A stretch of 64,000 nucleotides of DNA from an uncultured Verrucomicrobiae bacterium (GTDB lineage: Bacteria; Verrucomicrobiota; Verrucomicrobiia; Chthoniobacterales; JAFAMB01), in the NCBI GenBank assembly GCA_963813025.1, contig CAWEXO010000011.1, positions 288,001 through 352,000 on the forward strand, given 5' to 3'. The notes beneath the pieces were generated by a model. It ran no database searches and was not told the origin of the DNA. It saw only the letters and a list, made by a program, of their open reading frames with translations. The first letter of the stretch is position 1. Each line of letters opens with the position of its first letter. Positions 40,847-53,809 of the stretch are shown here, piece by piece. The translations under genes and the position numbers were made by a program.

Positions 40847-40951
40847 GTTTCGCGTTTCGCGTTTCACGTTTTACGTATCACGTTTTACGTTTCGCGGTTA
40901 CGTATGCCCGGCACGACGACGAGAAACGCCAAACCTGAAAACACGAAACGT
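40847..40951. repeat. Inverted pair of heptamer arrays (GTTTCrC x7 / GAAACGy x about 4)
   Basis: gtttcgc gtttcgc gtttcac gttttac gtatcac gttttac gtttcgc ... gaaacgc caaacct gaaaacac gaaacgt. Confidence 0.85.
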
Positions 40952-40952
40952 A

Positions 40953-41231
40953 TCAGAGCCGGTCGATTCGCCGGGCCAACGTAAAATCCAGATCCGTCAG
41001 CCCTCCGGCTGAATGGGTTGCCAAAACAAGCCGCACTTTGTTCCAGCGGATGTCGATATCGGGATGATGGTTCAGCGTTTCGGCCGTCCCAGCAACTTTG
41101 TTGACGAAATCGATCGCGGCCGCAAAATCCTTGAACTGAAAGGTCCTTTTGATTGTGTCGCCTTCCAAGCTCCACTCGGGGACTTCGGCAAGCAGCTGGT
41201 GGACAGCTTCAGGTTCAAGTAATGCGGGCAT
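40953..41231 (-). CDS. phhB: Pterin-4-alpha-carbinolamine dehydratase
   Basis: F.DF..A..FVN.VA..AE..NHHPDI, THSAGGLT..D. Confidence 0.93.
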   Translation of the reverse strand: MPALLEPEAVHQLLAEVPEWSLEGDTIKRTFQFKDFAAAIDFVNKVAGTAETLNHHPDIDIRWNKVRLVLATHSAGGLTDLDFTLARRIDRL

Positions 41232-41335
41232 AGCTGGAGAATGCACTCAGGAACGACACCACAGGTTTAGCCACCCTCACCGATCCTTGTCACCCGTCAA
41301 GCGAGGAGTAAACCGTTCCTGGACGGAGATTTGAG

Positions 41336-41391
41336 CTAGTGCACCCTTGGGCCGCGGCGACGTCATCGTTATAGATGAGACGGCGCACTAA
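41336..41391. mobile_element. 56-bp collapsed derivative of the 11421-11717 element
   Basis: CTAGTGCACC-CTTGGGCCGCGG-CGACGTCATCGTTATAGATGAGACGGCGCACTA. Confidence 0.8.
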
Positions 41392-41457
41392 TGTTCTCGT
41401 TTGCGCCCATTTGCGGCTTCATGTATGTAAGCCACCCGCCCTTGTTCAGAGCAATAA

Positions 41458-42432
41458 ATGCAAACCACCGGACGCATCTACAACAGTATTGTCGAAACTG
41501 TCGGGCAAACGCCCTTGGTTAGACTGAATCGAATCACCGTTGAGGTTCCCGCGACAATCGCCTTGAAATGCGAATTTTTTAATCCGCTAGGAAGCGTCAA
41601 AGATCGGATTGGTATGGCGATGATCGAGGCCGCCGAGAAAGAGGGAATCATCTCCAACGAAACCGTCATTGTGGAGCCGACCAGCGGAAACACGGGTATT
41701 GCGCTCGCCTTCGTCTGCGCTGCCAAGGGGTACCGATTGATCCTGACGATGCCGGACACGATGAGTTTGGAAAGGCGAACCCTGCTGGCGATGCTCGGGG
41801 CGAAGCTGGTCTTGACTCCGGGTTCTGAAGGGATGAAAGGCGCCATCGGACGCGCCGAGGAAATCCTGAGGAGCACTCCAAACTCCTGGATGCCTCAACA
41901 GTTTGAGAATCCAGCCAATCCCGAGATCCATCGGACGACGACCGCGGAAGAGATTTGGGCGGATACGGATGGGAAGGTGGACATTCTGGTGGCGGCAGTC
42001 GGAACTGGCGGCACAATTACCGGCGTCGCTGAAGTGATCAAAAAACGGAAACCGAGCTTTCGGGCGATCGCGGTCGAACCAAAAGATTCGCCGGTGATCG
42101 AGCAAACGCTGCGAGGTGAGCCGCTGAAACCTGGCCCCCACAAGATCCAGGGTACCGGAGCGGGTTTCATTCCCGGCAATCTGCATCTCGATATCGTGGA
42201 CGAGGTGATCGCGGTGTCCAACGAAGATTCTTTTATGATGGCCCGGCGTCTGGCGAAAGAAGAGGGCATCCTGGCCGGTATTAGTTCCGGCGCGAATGTC
42301 CACGCAGCGCTCGAGATAGCACGCCGGCCCGAGAATAAAGGCAAATTGATTGTTACGGTGGCTTGTTCTACCGGGGAGCGTTATCTCAGCACGGCGCTCG
42401 CCGATCAAGCCCGAGCCGAAGTCGGTGGATAG
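41458..42432 (+). CDS. cysK: Cysteine synthase A
   Basis: [39 protein letters not shown]. Confidence 0.97.
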   Translation: MQTTGRIYNSIVETVGQTPLVRLNRITVEVPATIALKCEFFNPLGSVKDRIGMAMIEAAEKEGIISNETVIVEPTSGNTGIALAFVCAAKGYRLILTMPDTMSLERRTLLAMLGAKLVLTPGSEGMKGAIGRAEEILRSTPNSWMPQQFENPANPEIHRTTTAEEIWADTDGKVDILVAAVGTGGTITGVAEVIKKRKPSFRAIAVEPKDSPVIEQTLRGEPLKPGPHKIQGTGAGFIPGNLHLDIVDEVIAVSNEDSFMMARRLAKEEGILAGISSGANVHAALEIARRPENKGKLIVTVACSTGERYLSTALADQARAEVGG

Positions 42433-42436
42433 AAAA

Positions 42437-43102
42437 ATGACAGGCCGTCCCACCGCCGAGCCAGCGGTCAGCGCATTTGATCCCGTCGTCTTTTGGATGC
42501 TCCATCGCCGCTCGGTGATCATCGGCGCGATTGTCGTTGTAGTTGCCGCTTTGACCGCCGGTTTTTATCTCGGCTTTGCGGCGTACCAGGCGCAGAGGGC
42601 CGCCGCGATCTACGCTACCGCGAACTCCATCGATAGCTGGCGATCGGTCATCCGCCAATTCCCCGGTTCGACCGCCGCGGGAAACGCCGCCCTGCGGATT
42701 GCCGCACAGCTCGCGGCCGACGGAAAATTCGCGGAGTCCGACCGCGAGTACCAGAACTTCATTCATCAGTATCCGCGACATCCGTTCCTGGTAAATGGTT
42801 ATGTCGGTCTGGCCCAGAATGCTGAGGCAGAAGGGAACATTGATCGAGCAATCCAAACCTACGCTCAGGTAGTGAGCCAGTTTCCCGGCTCTTACCAAGC
42901 TCCCCTCGCCCTTTTTCATCAAGCTCGTCTCACTAAAGAAAAGGGCCAGAAGCAAGCCGCTCGCACGCTCTTTGAGACTGTAGTCCAGCGTTATCCGGGC
43001 AGCTTTGTCGCGTCGATGGCGCGCCAGGAGGCCGAGAAATTGACCGACGCACAAGCAGACAGACCCAAAGCGGAATCAGTGACCCTGGCGCCAGGCCGCT
43101 AA
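42437..43102 (+). CDS. Membrane-anchored TPR protein (YfgM/CpoB-like)
   Basis: N-terminal TM helix; repeated V..QFPGS / QRYPGS TPR turns. Confidence 0.78.
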   Translation: MTGRPTAEPAVSAFDPVVFWMLHRRSVIIGAIVVVVAALTAGFYLGFAAYQAQRAAAIYATANSIDSWRSVIRQFPGSTAAGNAALRIAAQLAADGKFAESDREYQNFIHQYPRHPFLVNGYVGLAQNAEAEGNIDRAIQTYAQVVSQFPGSYQAPLALFHQARLTKEKGQKQAARTLFETVVQRYPGSFVASMARQEAEKLTDAQADRPKAESVTLAPGR

Positions 43103-43160
43103 GCGAGGACGAAAATTCGGAGACCGTCTCCGCTCGCACCGGAGCGCAAGCCAGACACCC

Positions 43161-43616
43161 TTAGGAAGTTTCCAATACCTTCTTTCGTTCCAGAAAAGCT
43201 TCCCGGCGCTCTTCAAACTCGATCAGGTCGAAATAGGTCTTTACACCCTCCGAACCATTTCCTCCAAGTTCTGCAAGAATGTGCTGAAATCGCGCTTGCT
43301 TCGCGGGGGTGTTCGGGACTTTCGCGATAGACGCCTCGTTCCAGGACTCGATCTCGGCCGTGGTACGCGGCAGCCCTCTGACCTTGATCCATTCGAGAAT
43401 TTGCCGGTCTTCGGCTAAGTCGTTGGCCATTGCCTCGAATTCGTCGCCGTCAATCCCCAGAAAAACCAGAAGATGGCGGTCAAAGCCAGAATTCTTGTAG
43501 TTATAACCCTGCAAAAGACCTTGCTTGGCGAGCCGGGCTTTGTCGATCAACCGGGGAAGATGGACCAATCCGCCCAGCCGTTGGTAAGGGCTCCGGGGAA
43601 ATATTTTTGGGGTCAT
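43161..43616 (-). CDS. DUF5069 family protein
   Basis: PRSPY..LGGLVHLPRLIDKARL, D...L.FLGI, TYFDLI..EE. Confidence 0.82.
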   Translation of the reverse strand: MTPKIFPRSPYQRLGGLVHLPRLIDKARLAKQGLLQGYNYKNSGFDRHLLVFLGIDGDEFEAMANDLAEDRQILEWIKVRGLPRTTAEIESWNEASIAKVPNTPAKQARFQHILAELGGNGSEGVKTYFDLIEFEERREAFLERKKVLETS

Positions 43617-44434
43617 GCTGGTGCCAAAGTCACGTCTCCGCCCGAGCTCTTGTCCGGCGGATGAGCTTGGCGCTGTGGTGCGGTCTCGAGTAGATCTCCC
43701 TGGGTGAGTTCCACTTTTCCGATGGAGATCTCTCCGAAGAATTCGCCACCTTGATCGACGGTGAAGGCGCGCGCAAAAACTGCGCCATTCAATCGTCCGG
43801 TCTTGAGAATGACAACCTTGCCATTCGAAATGATCCGGGCGGAAATGATGCCTTCAATCTCAACCCGATCGGCCCGAATAGGGCGAATAAATTCCACCTC
43901 GGCTTTCCGATCGACCGTGAGACGTTGGGCTTCGATGCTCCCGGTCACCTTGCCTTTGACACGTACCCTGACCGCGCCGTGACAGATCAAACTGCCTCGC
44001 AGGAAGCCCTGAATATCCGCTTCCTCACAGATAACGCGATTGCTGTTCAGGTCCCCTTTATTCGTAAGGAACAACCGTCCGCGAGTCCGAATGGAGCGAC
44101 TATAATTGCCGGTAATCCGGTAATCCTGCAGGTCAATGTAAGCGCCGCATTGGGGGCAGATTGTTGATGTCGCGCTTTTCGGTACTTCGCGCTTGCCGGT
44201 GCACTCGAAGCATCGGGCCACGACGGTCCGTTGAACCCCCAGGATACCTTCCAGCTTCTGCAGGACCGAGGACGGCTTCTGAATTTCCGGCGGCGGTCCG
44301 CTAGTCCTGTGCCCCTTCTCAAGCTGAATATAGCCGCTGCATTTGCGGCAGTACGTCGACTTTGCCAGCTCGGGCTCTAGCTGAATGTGACCGCAGTGAG
44401 GACATTGAACTTCGATCCTTCCTTTGGCAGCCAC
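43613..44434 (-). CDS. Bactofilin-domain protein with double zinc ribbon
   Basis: CPHC/CRKC and CFEC/CPQC pairs followed by Gly/Val/Ile beta-helix repeats. Confidence 0.8.
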   Translation of the reverse strand: MAAKGRIEVQCPHCGHIQLEPELAKSTYCRKCSGYIQLEKGHRTSGPPPEIQKPSSVLQKLEGILGVQRTVVARCFECTGKREVPKSATSTICPQCGAYIDLQDYRITGNYSRSIRTRGRLFLTNKGDLNSNRVICEEADIQGFLRGSLICHGAVRVRVKGKVTGSIEAQRLTVDRKAEVEFIRPIRADRVEIEGIISARIISNGKVVILKTGRLNGAVFARAFTVDQGGEFFGEISIGKVELTQGDLLETAPQRQAHPPDKSSGGDVTLAPA

Positions 44435-44444
44435 TCAGTTTTCC

Positions 44445-44849
44445 TTAACGCGGAGCGCCGACGCCCACCTTCTGCGGCTCTTCCCGACTGAGCCCGCCGA
44501 GTTCTTTCAGTGCTCCTTTGTTTGGGGTAACTTCGGATTTACCGACGAAAGTTGCGCCCTCTTCAATAATCAGCCGGGCCGCTTTGAGATCGCCGATGAG
44601 CTGGGAACGCGAGCGCAATTCACAGCGCTCTTGCACTGTGATGTTGCCGTGCACCTTACCCATGACAATGACCGACTTGGCCTTGACTTCGCCGCGCACG
44701 TCGCCGTGTTCCCCGACGGTCAAAACGCCGTCATTTGAGGACACTTCACCTTCCAGTTTTCCGTCAAAGGTAAATTCGTTGGCGAACTTGATCGATCCCT
44801 TAATTTCGACATCGTTTGAGAGGTTGTTTTTATTAATCGTATCTGCCAT
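44445..44849 (-). CDS. Bactofilin (polymer-forming cytoskeletal protein)
   Basis: DVEIKGSIKF, DGKLEGE, GKVHGNI, L.IEEGA.F.G. Confidence 0.92.
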   Translation of the reverse strand: MADTINKNNLSNDVEIKGSIKFANEFTFDGKLEGEVSSNDGVLTVGEHGDVRGEVKAKSVIVMGKVHGNITVQERCELRSRSQLIGDLKAARLIIEEGATFVGKSEVTPNKGALKELGGLSREEPQKVGVGAPR

Positions 44850-45036
44850 AACCAGATTTCTTTGTGTTATACTTTTCGATTCAGCGAGCTGCGGAACCGG
44901 CGGATTCTCCCCTGATCCAATGTCTTCTTCTGAAGTCGGTTGGCCCGGCTTTTGGGGGATGAATTTCTTGAGCACGGTCGCAACTATGAAGTGGTCGATT
45001 GGAATGTCAAACGACAACCTCCCGGATCGAACTGAA

Positions 45037-46431
45037 TCAGCTCAGCTCCTCCGCCGGGTACGTCCAGATCTCGCTCAGCGTGGGATGATAGTGGGGCACT
45101 CGCGCCAGATCCGCCGCCCTCGCGTGGAAAGACATGGCCACGATGATCTCGTGGATTAACTCGGAAGCTTCCGGACCCACCACTGAACCGCCGATAATTT
45201 CTCCGGTGTCGTAATCGCAGATCAGTTTGACAAAACCCTCGGTCTCTCCCCGAACCAGAGATTTGCCATGATCTTTAAATGGATAACTGGCCGATCGAAA
45301 TCGACGGCCCTCTGCTCTCGCCTCTTTTTCGGTCACTCCGACAGCAGCCACCTGTGGCTCAGTGAAGATCGCAAACAGCTTCAGCCGATAGTCGATCGAT
45401 TCTAGGGGGGCGCCCGCGATCAGGCGCGCAGCGTTCCGCGCTGCCACCGAAGCCTGCTCAATCGCGGCGTGCACCACCTCATAACAGCCAGTGACATCAC
45501 CGGCGCCAAATACTCGTGGGTTCGGAGTCTGCAGCTCGCGATTGACGGTAACGGCGCCGGTCTGATCGCTCGTAACTCCGCCCGCGGCAAGATGCAGCTG
45601 CTCAGTAGCAGGCCGCCGGCCCAAGGCGTAAAAGATTTCTTCGGCATCAACCGTACACTCTCCGTCGCCGGTCTGGTAGACCACCCGTTTTTCGCCGTCG
45701 GCCCGCTCCACACCAATCAGCCGCGTGCCACAGATCACCTCAATGCCGCGTGCACGGAACGCATCAGCAAGTGCCTCCGCCACGTCCTGATCAGCCTCCT
45801 TCAGCACCTGTTCGCCCCTTTGAATGATGGTTACCCGCGTTCCGAGCGTGCCGTAAAAATGAGCAAATTCCAGGGCAATCGCTCCGCCGCCCAACATAAT
45901 CAGAGATTCGGGGATTCGTTCGCTGTCCAGAGCGACGTCGCTCCAGAGGTAGCCAGTCTCGGACAGCCCAGGTATATCGATCAGGTTCAGCTCAGAGCCC
46001 GTAGCAATCAGGGCGGTCTTAAAGCGCAACGTCTCGGATCGATTGCCGCTTAGGGACGCAACTTTGAGCAAGTCAGGACCCGCGAACTCCGCGAATCCCC
46101 GCACAAAATCAAACTTGCCCGATTTGAGTTGCGACTGGCGATGAGTGGCAAAGCCGGCGACCAGATTTCTTTTGCGAGCAAGAATCGCCGATGCTTCGAA
46201 TCCAATGTTGCCCGCGCGGAGCCCGAACTCCGAAGCCCGTCGAAGTGTGAGGAACCGATTGGCCGACTCAATAAGCGTTTTGCTCGGCATACAACCCTGC
46301 AAGATGCAGAGGCCGCCTACTTCCTTACCTCCCTCGATACAGACTGTTCGGAGACCAAGGCGCGAGGCGGTGGCCGCCGCAGAGTACCCGGCGCTGCCGC
46401 CGCCGATGATCGCAAAGTCATAGGTTTCCAT
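45037..46431 (-). CDS. Class I pyridine nucleotide-disulfide oxidoreductase (LpdA/MerA-like)
   Basis: GGGSAG, GGLCILQGCMPSK, GGGAIALE, HYHPTLSE. Confidence 0.9.
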   Translation of the reverse strand: METYDFAIIGGGSAGYSAAATASRLGLRTVCIEGGKEVGGLCILQGCMPSKTLIESANRFLTLRRASEFGLRAGNIGFEASAILARKRNLVAGFATHRQSQLKSGKFDFVRGFAEFAGPDLLKVASLSGNRSETLRFKTALIATGSELNLIDIPGLSETGYLWSDVALDSERIPESLIMLGGGAIALEFAHFYGTLGTRVTIIQRGEQVLKEADQDVAEALADAFRARGIEVICGTRLIGVERADGEKRVVYQTGDGECTVDAEEIFYALGRRPATEQLHLAAGGVTSDQTGAVTVNRELQTPNPRVFGAGDVTGCYEVVHAAIEQASVAARNAARLIAGAPLESIDYRLKLFAIFTEPQVAAVGVTEKEARAEGRRFRSASYPFKDHGKSLVRGETEGFVKLICDYDTGEIIGGSVVGPEASELIHEIIVAMSFHARAADLARVPHYHPTLSEIWTYPAEELS

Positions 46432-46582
46432 GCGCGATCATTCTATCCTACAATCGCCGCAAGCGCACTTGCGAGACAGTAAACGCCGGCATCTTCGGAG
46501 CCTGGAACAATCGCAAGATCTGGCGCTCCTACAAAGTCCCACTACTACAAATAGCGCCTTCAAAGCTTGCATGGAGGGGTAA

Positions 46583-49171
<2,589 letters not shown>

Positions 49172-49234
49172 TTCACGCTGCCACCCAAACGACTGTGAGG
49201 TCCTATGGCGCGATCAGTTTGGGAGCGCGCGTCC

Positions 49235-49393
49235 TGGAGTGCGCGCGACCTGTCGCCGCTTTGAGACTGCGCGAAGCGCGGCCGGAGGTCGAGCGGGCCT
49301 TTTCGCCAAGGGAATCCGCGCTTTGTGGTTCGGTCCTCGGTCGAGGCCGCGCTCCGGGCAATTAGAAAGCGGCGACCAGTCGCACGCACTCCA
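49235..49393. mobile_element. 159-bp REPIN/MITE, copy 2 (interior inverted relative to copy 1)
   Basis: TGGAGTGCGCGCGACCTG ... CCAGTCGCACGCACTCCA; interior homologous to the reverse complement of 22236-22394. Confidence 0.85.
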
Positions 49394-49435
49394 AAACGCC
49401 ATCGGCAGCTCACCGTTTACCAGCCCTTTAAGCTC

Positions 49436-52057
49436 ATGCCCTTAAATCCAAACGAAAGAGTGGATCCGGTCAACGTGGCCGAGGAGATGTCGAAATCTTT
49501 TCTGGACTACTCCATGTCCGTGATCTTTGCGCGTGCGCTGCCCGACGCCCGCGACGGTCTTAAACCGTCACAGCGTCGCATCCTGTACGCGATGAACGAT
49601 CTGGGAGTTGGCCCTACCAGAAAGCATAGCAAGTGTGCCAAGATCGTCGGGGAGACGATGGGAAATTACCATCCGCATGGCGACATGGCGATTTACCCGA
49701 CCCTGGTCCATATGGCTCAGCCTTGGGCGATGCGCGCGACCTTGATCGAGGGTCAAGGCAACTTTGGCTCGATGGATGGCGATCCCCCCGCGTCCATGCG
49801 ATACACGGAAGCCCGGTTGACCCATCTTGGGTCGATCCTGATGGAGGACATGGATCAGGATACCGTCGAGTTTGTCCCCAACTACGACGAGACGCGTCAG
49901 GAACCGACCGTGTTCCCGGCCGCTTTCCCCAACCTCCTGGTTAACGGCGGCACCGGCATAGCCGTCGGAATGGCAACCAATATGCCGCCCCACAACCTGG
50001 GCGAAGTCATCGACGGAATCTGCGCACTGATCGATCGGCCCGCCATCACTCCGGCGGAGTTGATGGAATTTATTAAAGGCCCCGATTTTCCCACCGGCTG
50101 CACCATCTGCGGCAGCGAAGGAATCCGGCAGTATTTCGAGACCGGGCGGGGCAGCTTCAAGGTGCGCGGTACCGCGACGATTCAAGAGGCGAGGAATGGC
50201 CGAGAACAAATCCTCATCACGGAGATCCCTTTCAACGTCAACCGGGCTGAACTGATCAAAAGGATAGCCGCCCTGGTCCAGGAAAAGAGTCATTACCGAA
50301 ATCGCAGACGTTCGGGATCTGTCGGATGAAGAAACCCGGATCGAATTGGAGCTGAAGCGGGACGCGAATGCGCAGGTTGTGCTGAACAATCTGTACAAGC
50401 ATACGGCCCTGGAAACGTCGTTTGCCGTGAACATGCTGGCGATCGATCATGGCCGTCCCAAGCTGCTGTCAATAAAGGACGCGCTGAACTGCTATATGGA
50501 ACACCGACGCGAAGTAGTCCTTCGGCGGACCCGTTATCAGCTTCGGCAGGCGCAGCAACGTGCCGAGACCCTGGAGGGCTATCTGATCGCTCTCGCCCAT
50601 CTCGACGACTTTATTGAGATCATCCGCGGGTCAGCCAATCGCGCGGAAGCGCGCGTCAAATTGCTGGCCTACGAATTTACTCGAAGCGCAGGTCGAGCAG
50701 ATCGGAGTTCGCATCAGGAGCGAAGCCCGTTTGACCGACGGATTCTATGTCTTCAGCGAACACCAGGCCGATCAGATCCTCGATCTGCGTCTCTACCAGC
50801 TCACCGGCCTGGAGACGAGATAAGATCACCGAGGAGTACGGAAATCTTCTTCTGCGTATCGCGGACTTGCTCGAGCATCCTGGAGAGTGCCCAGCGCGTG
50901 ATGGATATCATCAAGGAGGAGCTGAAACTCGTCAAAGAGAAGTACGGTTCTGCCCGCCTGACCCAAATCGTTCCCGATGAAGGCGAAATCAATTTGGAGG
51001 ACCTGATCGCCAATGAAGGCTGCATCATCACAATCACCCACGGCGGGTATATCAAGCGGACGGCCGTCAGCGCTTTCCGCGCGCAACGGCGAGGCGGGCG
51101 AGGCGTGATCGGGATGACCACCCGGGAAGGGCAAGCCGAAGGCGAGGCGGACGATTTCGTCGAACATCTGTTTACCGCCAGCACTCATGATTCGCTCATG
51201 TTCTTTACCCAAAGCGGCCGGTGTTACGTGGAAAAGGTCTACGAAATTCCCGAAATGAGCCGCGCCTCCAAAGGCCGCGCCATCGCCAACTTGCTCGAGC
51301 TGCGTCCGGAGGAGAAAATCGCAGCCACCTTGCGTATCGAGGCGCGCCGGGAAAGCTCATCCGAGGAAAACATGGAGGACGGTTACAACGGGAGAGCCAC
51401 TTGGAATCCTGACTTGCATGTCATGTTTGCCACGCAGAGTGGCATCGTGAAAAAGACCAATCTTGTCAGACTTCGCCAATGTCCGGAAGGGCGGGATTAT
51501 TGCGATCCAGATCGAGGAGGGAGATAAGCTGATCGATGCGCTGCTGACCAACGGATCGAATGAGGTTGTGCTGATCACGAAATTCGGGATGAGTATCCGC
51601 TTTCACGAGATTGAGGTGCGCGATATGGGCCGCAACGCGGTCGGGGTCTGGGGCATACGTCCCGCGCCAAACGATCAGGTCGTCGCTATCGCCAAAGTCT
51701 CCGATGACGCCAACTCTCCTGGTGGCCGGGGAAAATGGGATCGGGAAAAGAACCGGATTCGATGAGTACCGGATTCAATCGCGCGGCGGCAAAGGGATCA
51801 TTACAATGAAGACTGGGGACCGGACCGGTCAGGTGGTCGGTGCCTTGACGGTGCACGATCACGATGAGGTCATGCTGATCACTACTGGCGGGCAAATGGT
51901 TCGGATCCGGGTCAGCGAGATTCGCGAGGCGGGCCGAAACACGATGGGCGTGAAATTGATTAACCTGTTCGAGAACGAGAAGCTGCAGGACATTGCTCCG
52001 GTCGTGAGCCAGGAAGAAGAAGCCCAGGCGGAGAACGCTGGCGAAGCACAAAACTGA
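49436..52057 (+). CDS. gyrA: DNA gyrase subunit A (multiple frameshifts)
   Basis: DGLKP.QRR, YHPHGD, MRYTEA; GyrA-box QRRGGRG; CTD blade repeats. Confidence 0.96.
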
Positions 52058-52122
52058 GCCTGCATCGCTCACAATCGTTTAAGGATTTATGAGTGATGCA
52101 GGCTGTGCTCAATTGGCCCAGC

Positions 52123-53106
52123 ATGAATTATCGCAGACTCGGAAAAGCTGGTGTCAAAGTGAGCGAACTCTCCTTCGGCTCCTGGGTAACTTTCGGTGCC
52201 CAGATCGCCGATGACGTCGCGGAGGCCTTGATGAAGACGGCCTATGATGCCGGTATCAATTTTTTTGACAATGCCGAAGGCTACGCCAGCGGACGCTCCG
52301 AGCTGGTGATGGGCAAACTTCTGAACAAGCTGGCCTGGCCGCGCGACACCTGGCTGGTCTCGAGCAAAGTCTTCTTTGGCAGCGCGCCCCAACCACAAAA
52401 GCCAAATCAGTACGGACTGAGCCGGAAACATGTTTTTGAGGCCTGCCACGCCGCGCTGCGGCGCTTGCAGGTAGACTATCTCGATTTCTTTTTTTGCCAC
52501 CGCCCGGATCCCGAAACTCCGATCGAGGAGACGGTGCGCGTGATGTCAGATCTGATCGCCCAAGGCAAGGTCCTCTATTGGGGAACCAGCGAGTGGAGCG
52601 CGCAGCAGATCATGGAAGCCTACGCCGTCGCCCGCCAATTCGACTTGGTGCCGCCCACCATGGAGCAGCCACAGTATAACTTGCTCGTGCGCGACCGGGT
52701 GGAAAAAGAATACGCGCGGCTCTACACGGAGATCGGCTTGGGCACTACGGTCTGGTCACCGCTGGCCAGTGGATTGCTCAGCGGAAAGTACAACCAGGGA
52801 TTGCCGGAAGATGCGCGGCTCGGACTGGAAGACTACTCATGGCTAAGAGACTGGGTCGTGAATGAAAAGCGGCTCGCCAAAGTCCAGGAATTTGGGAGCC
52901 TGACTAAAAAACTGGGATCGCCGCAGGCGGTCGTCGCGATCGCCTGGTGTCTGAAAAACCCACACGTCAGCACCGTGATCCTAGGCGCATCGAAGACCGG
53001 CCAGCTGAAAGAAAATCTGCGCGCCTCCGAAATCTCCGAAAAGCTGACCCCGGAAATAATGAAACAGATCGACGACCTGCTCGGGACGAAACCCGAGGAG
53101 GATTGA
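52123..53106 (+). CDS. Aldo/keto reductase (Kv-beta-like)
   Basis: FGSWVTFG, FDNAEGY, HRPD, WGTSEW, MEQPQYN. Confidence 0.93.
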   Translation: MNYRRLGKAGVKVSELSFGSWVTFGAQIADDVAEALMKTAYDAGINFFDNAEGYASGRSELVMGKLLNKLAWPRDTWLVSSKVFFGSAPQPQKPNQYGLSRKHVFEACHAALRRLQVDYLDFFFCHRPDPETPIEETVRVMSDLIAQGKVLYWGTSEWSAQQIMEAYAVARQFDLVPPTMEQPQYNLLVRDRVEKEYARLYTEIGLGTTVWSPLASGLLSGKYNQGLPEDARLGLEDYSWLRDWVVNEKRLAKVQEFGSLTKKLGSPQAVVAIAWCLKNPHVSTVILGASKTGQLKENLRASEISEKLTPEIMKQIDDLLGTKPEED

Positions 53107-53304
53107 GTCGAGGGAGTCGGGAGTCAGGATTGGAGTCGGGTGCAGAGTGTTCTCAGCGCGGGAGTAAATGAAGCTACTCCAAACGGAAGCATCGTAAGTG
53201 CCACATTGGCACTAAAAGCTCCGGTTTTAAACTCTTCGACCCCGTCTGCCAGAATGACGCACGTTCTGAGGACTCCCGACTTCTGGCTCCTGACGCCCGA
53301 CTCT
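53105..53304. repeat. Inverted pair of heptamer arrays (GAGTCrG / GACTCCy)
   Basis: Left array 53105-53140, right array 53271-53304, about 130-bp spacer. Confidence 0.75.
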
Positions 53305-53354
53305 TTACGGTTGCCAGCCCGTATTTGCTCTTTAGACTAAGCACCACTTCTCCT

Positions 53355-53804
53355 ATGGGAAAGCGAAAGAGAAAATTGTCCTTTAAACGGCTTCCGTTGC
53401 AGCGCCAGCTGCAGTTTTCCCCTGAGGGTGAATACTTTGATCTGCAGGCCCTTTTCGACAAAGTTAATGCTGAATATTTTGGCGGGCTGCTCGCGCATTA
53501 CAGCATCACTTGGGGACGGAAGAGAAGTGTTCCCCCAAAAGAATACTTTGTTTTTGGCACCATCCAGGAAGAGGATCGGATCATCCGCATACACCCTCTT
53601 TTGGACGCGCCGTTTGTTCCGACCTGGTTCCTTGAGTACGTGATTTATCACGAGATGCTTCACGCGATCGTTCCTGAGGAAATCGATGAACAAGGCCGGC
53701 GACGAATTCATACCGACGAATTTTATCGTCGCGAGCGCCAGTTTCACTGCTTCCCTCGAGCGAAGCGATGGGAAGATGAGAATCTCGACCGCTTTCTTCG
53801 GTAG
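53355..53804 (+). CDS. Zinc metallopeptidase-like protein (SprT/YgjP-like)
   Basis: IHPLLD, VIYHEMLH (HExxH), later H...F...E. Confidence 0.8.
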   Translation: MGKRKRKLSFKRLPLQRQLQFSPEGEYFDLQALFDKVNAEYFGGLLAHYSITWGRKRSVPPKEYFVFGTIQEEDRIIRIHPLLDAPFVPTWFLEYVIYHEMLHAIVPEEIDEQGRRRIHTDEFYRRERQFHCFPRAKRWEDENLDRFLR

Positions 53805-53809
53805 CCTTC

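Noticed and set aside
40199..41012. 261-aa and 113-aa ORFs on the + strand
   Set aside because: Antisense to RNase P RNA and running through repeats
45037..46431. Mercuric reductase merA
   Set aside because: No C-terminal Cys-Cys pair, no N-terminal HMA domain and no mer genes nearby
46511..46535. Single GTAGGAGCG-type REP on the minus strand
   Set aside because: Weak palindrome and no partner copy
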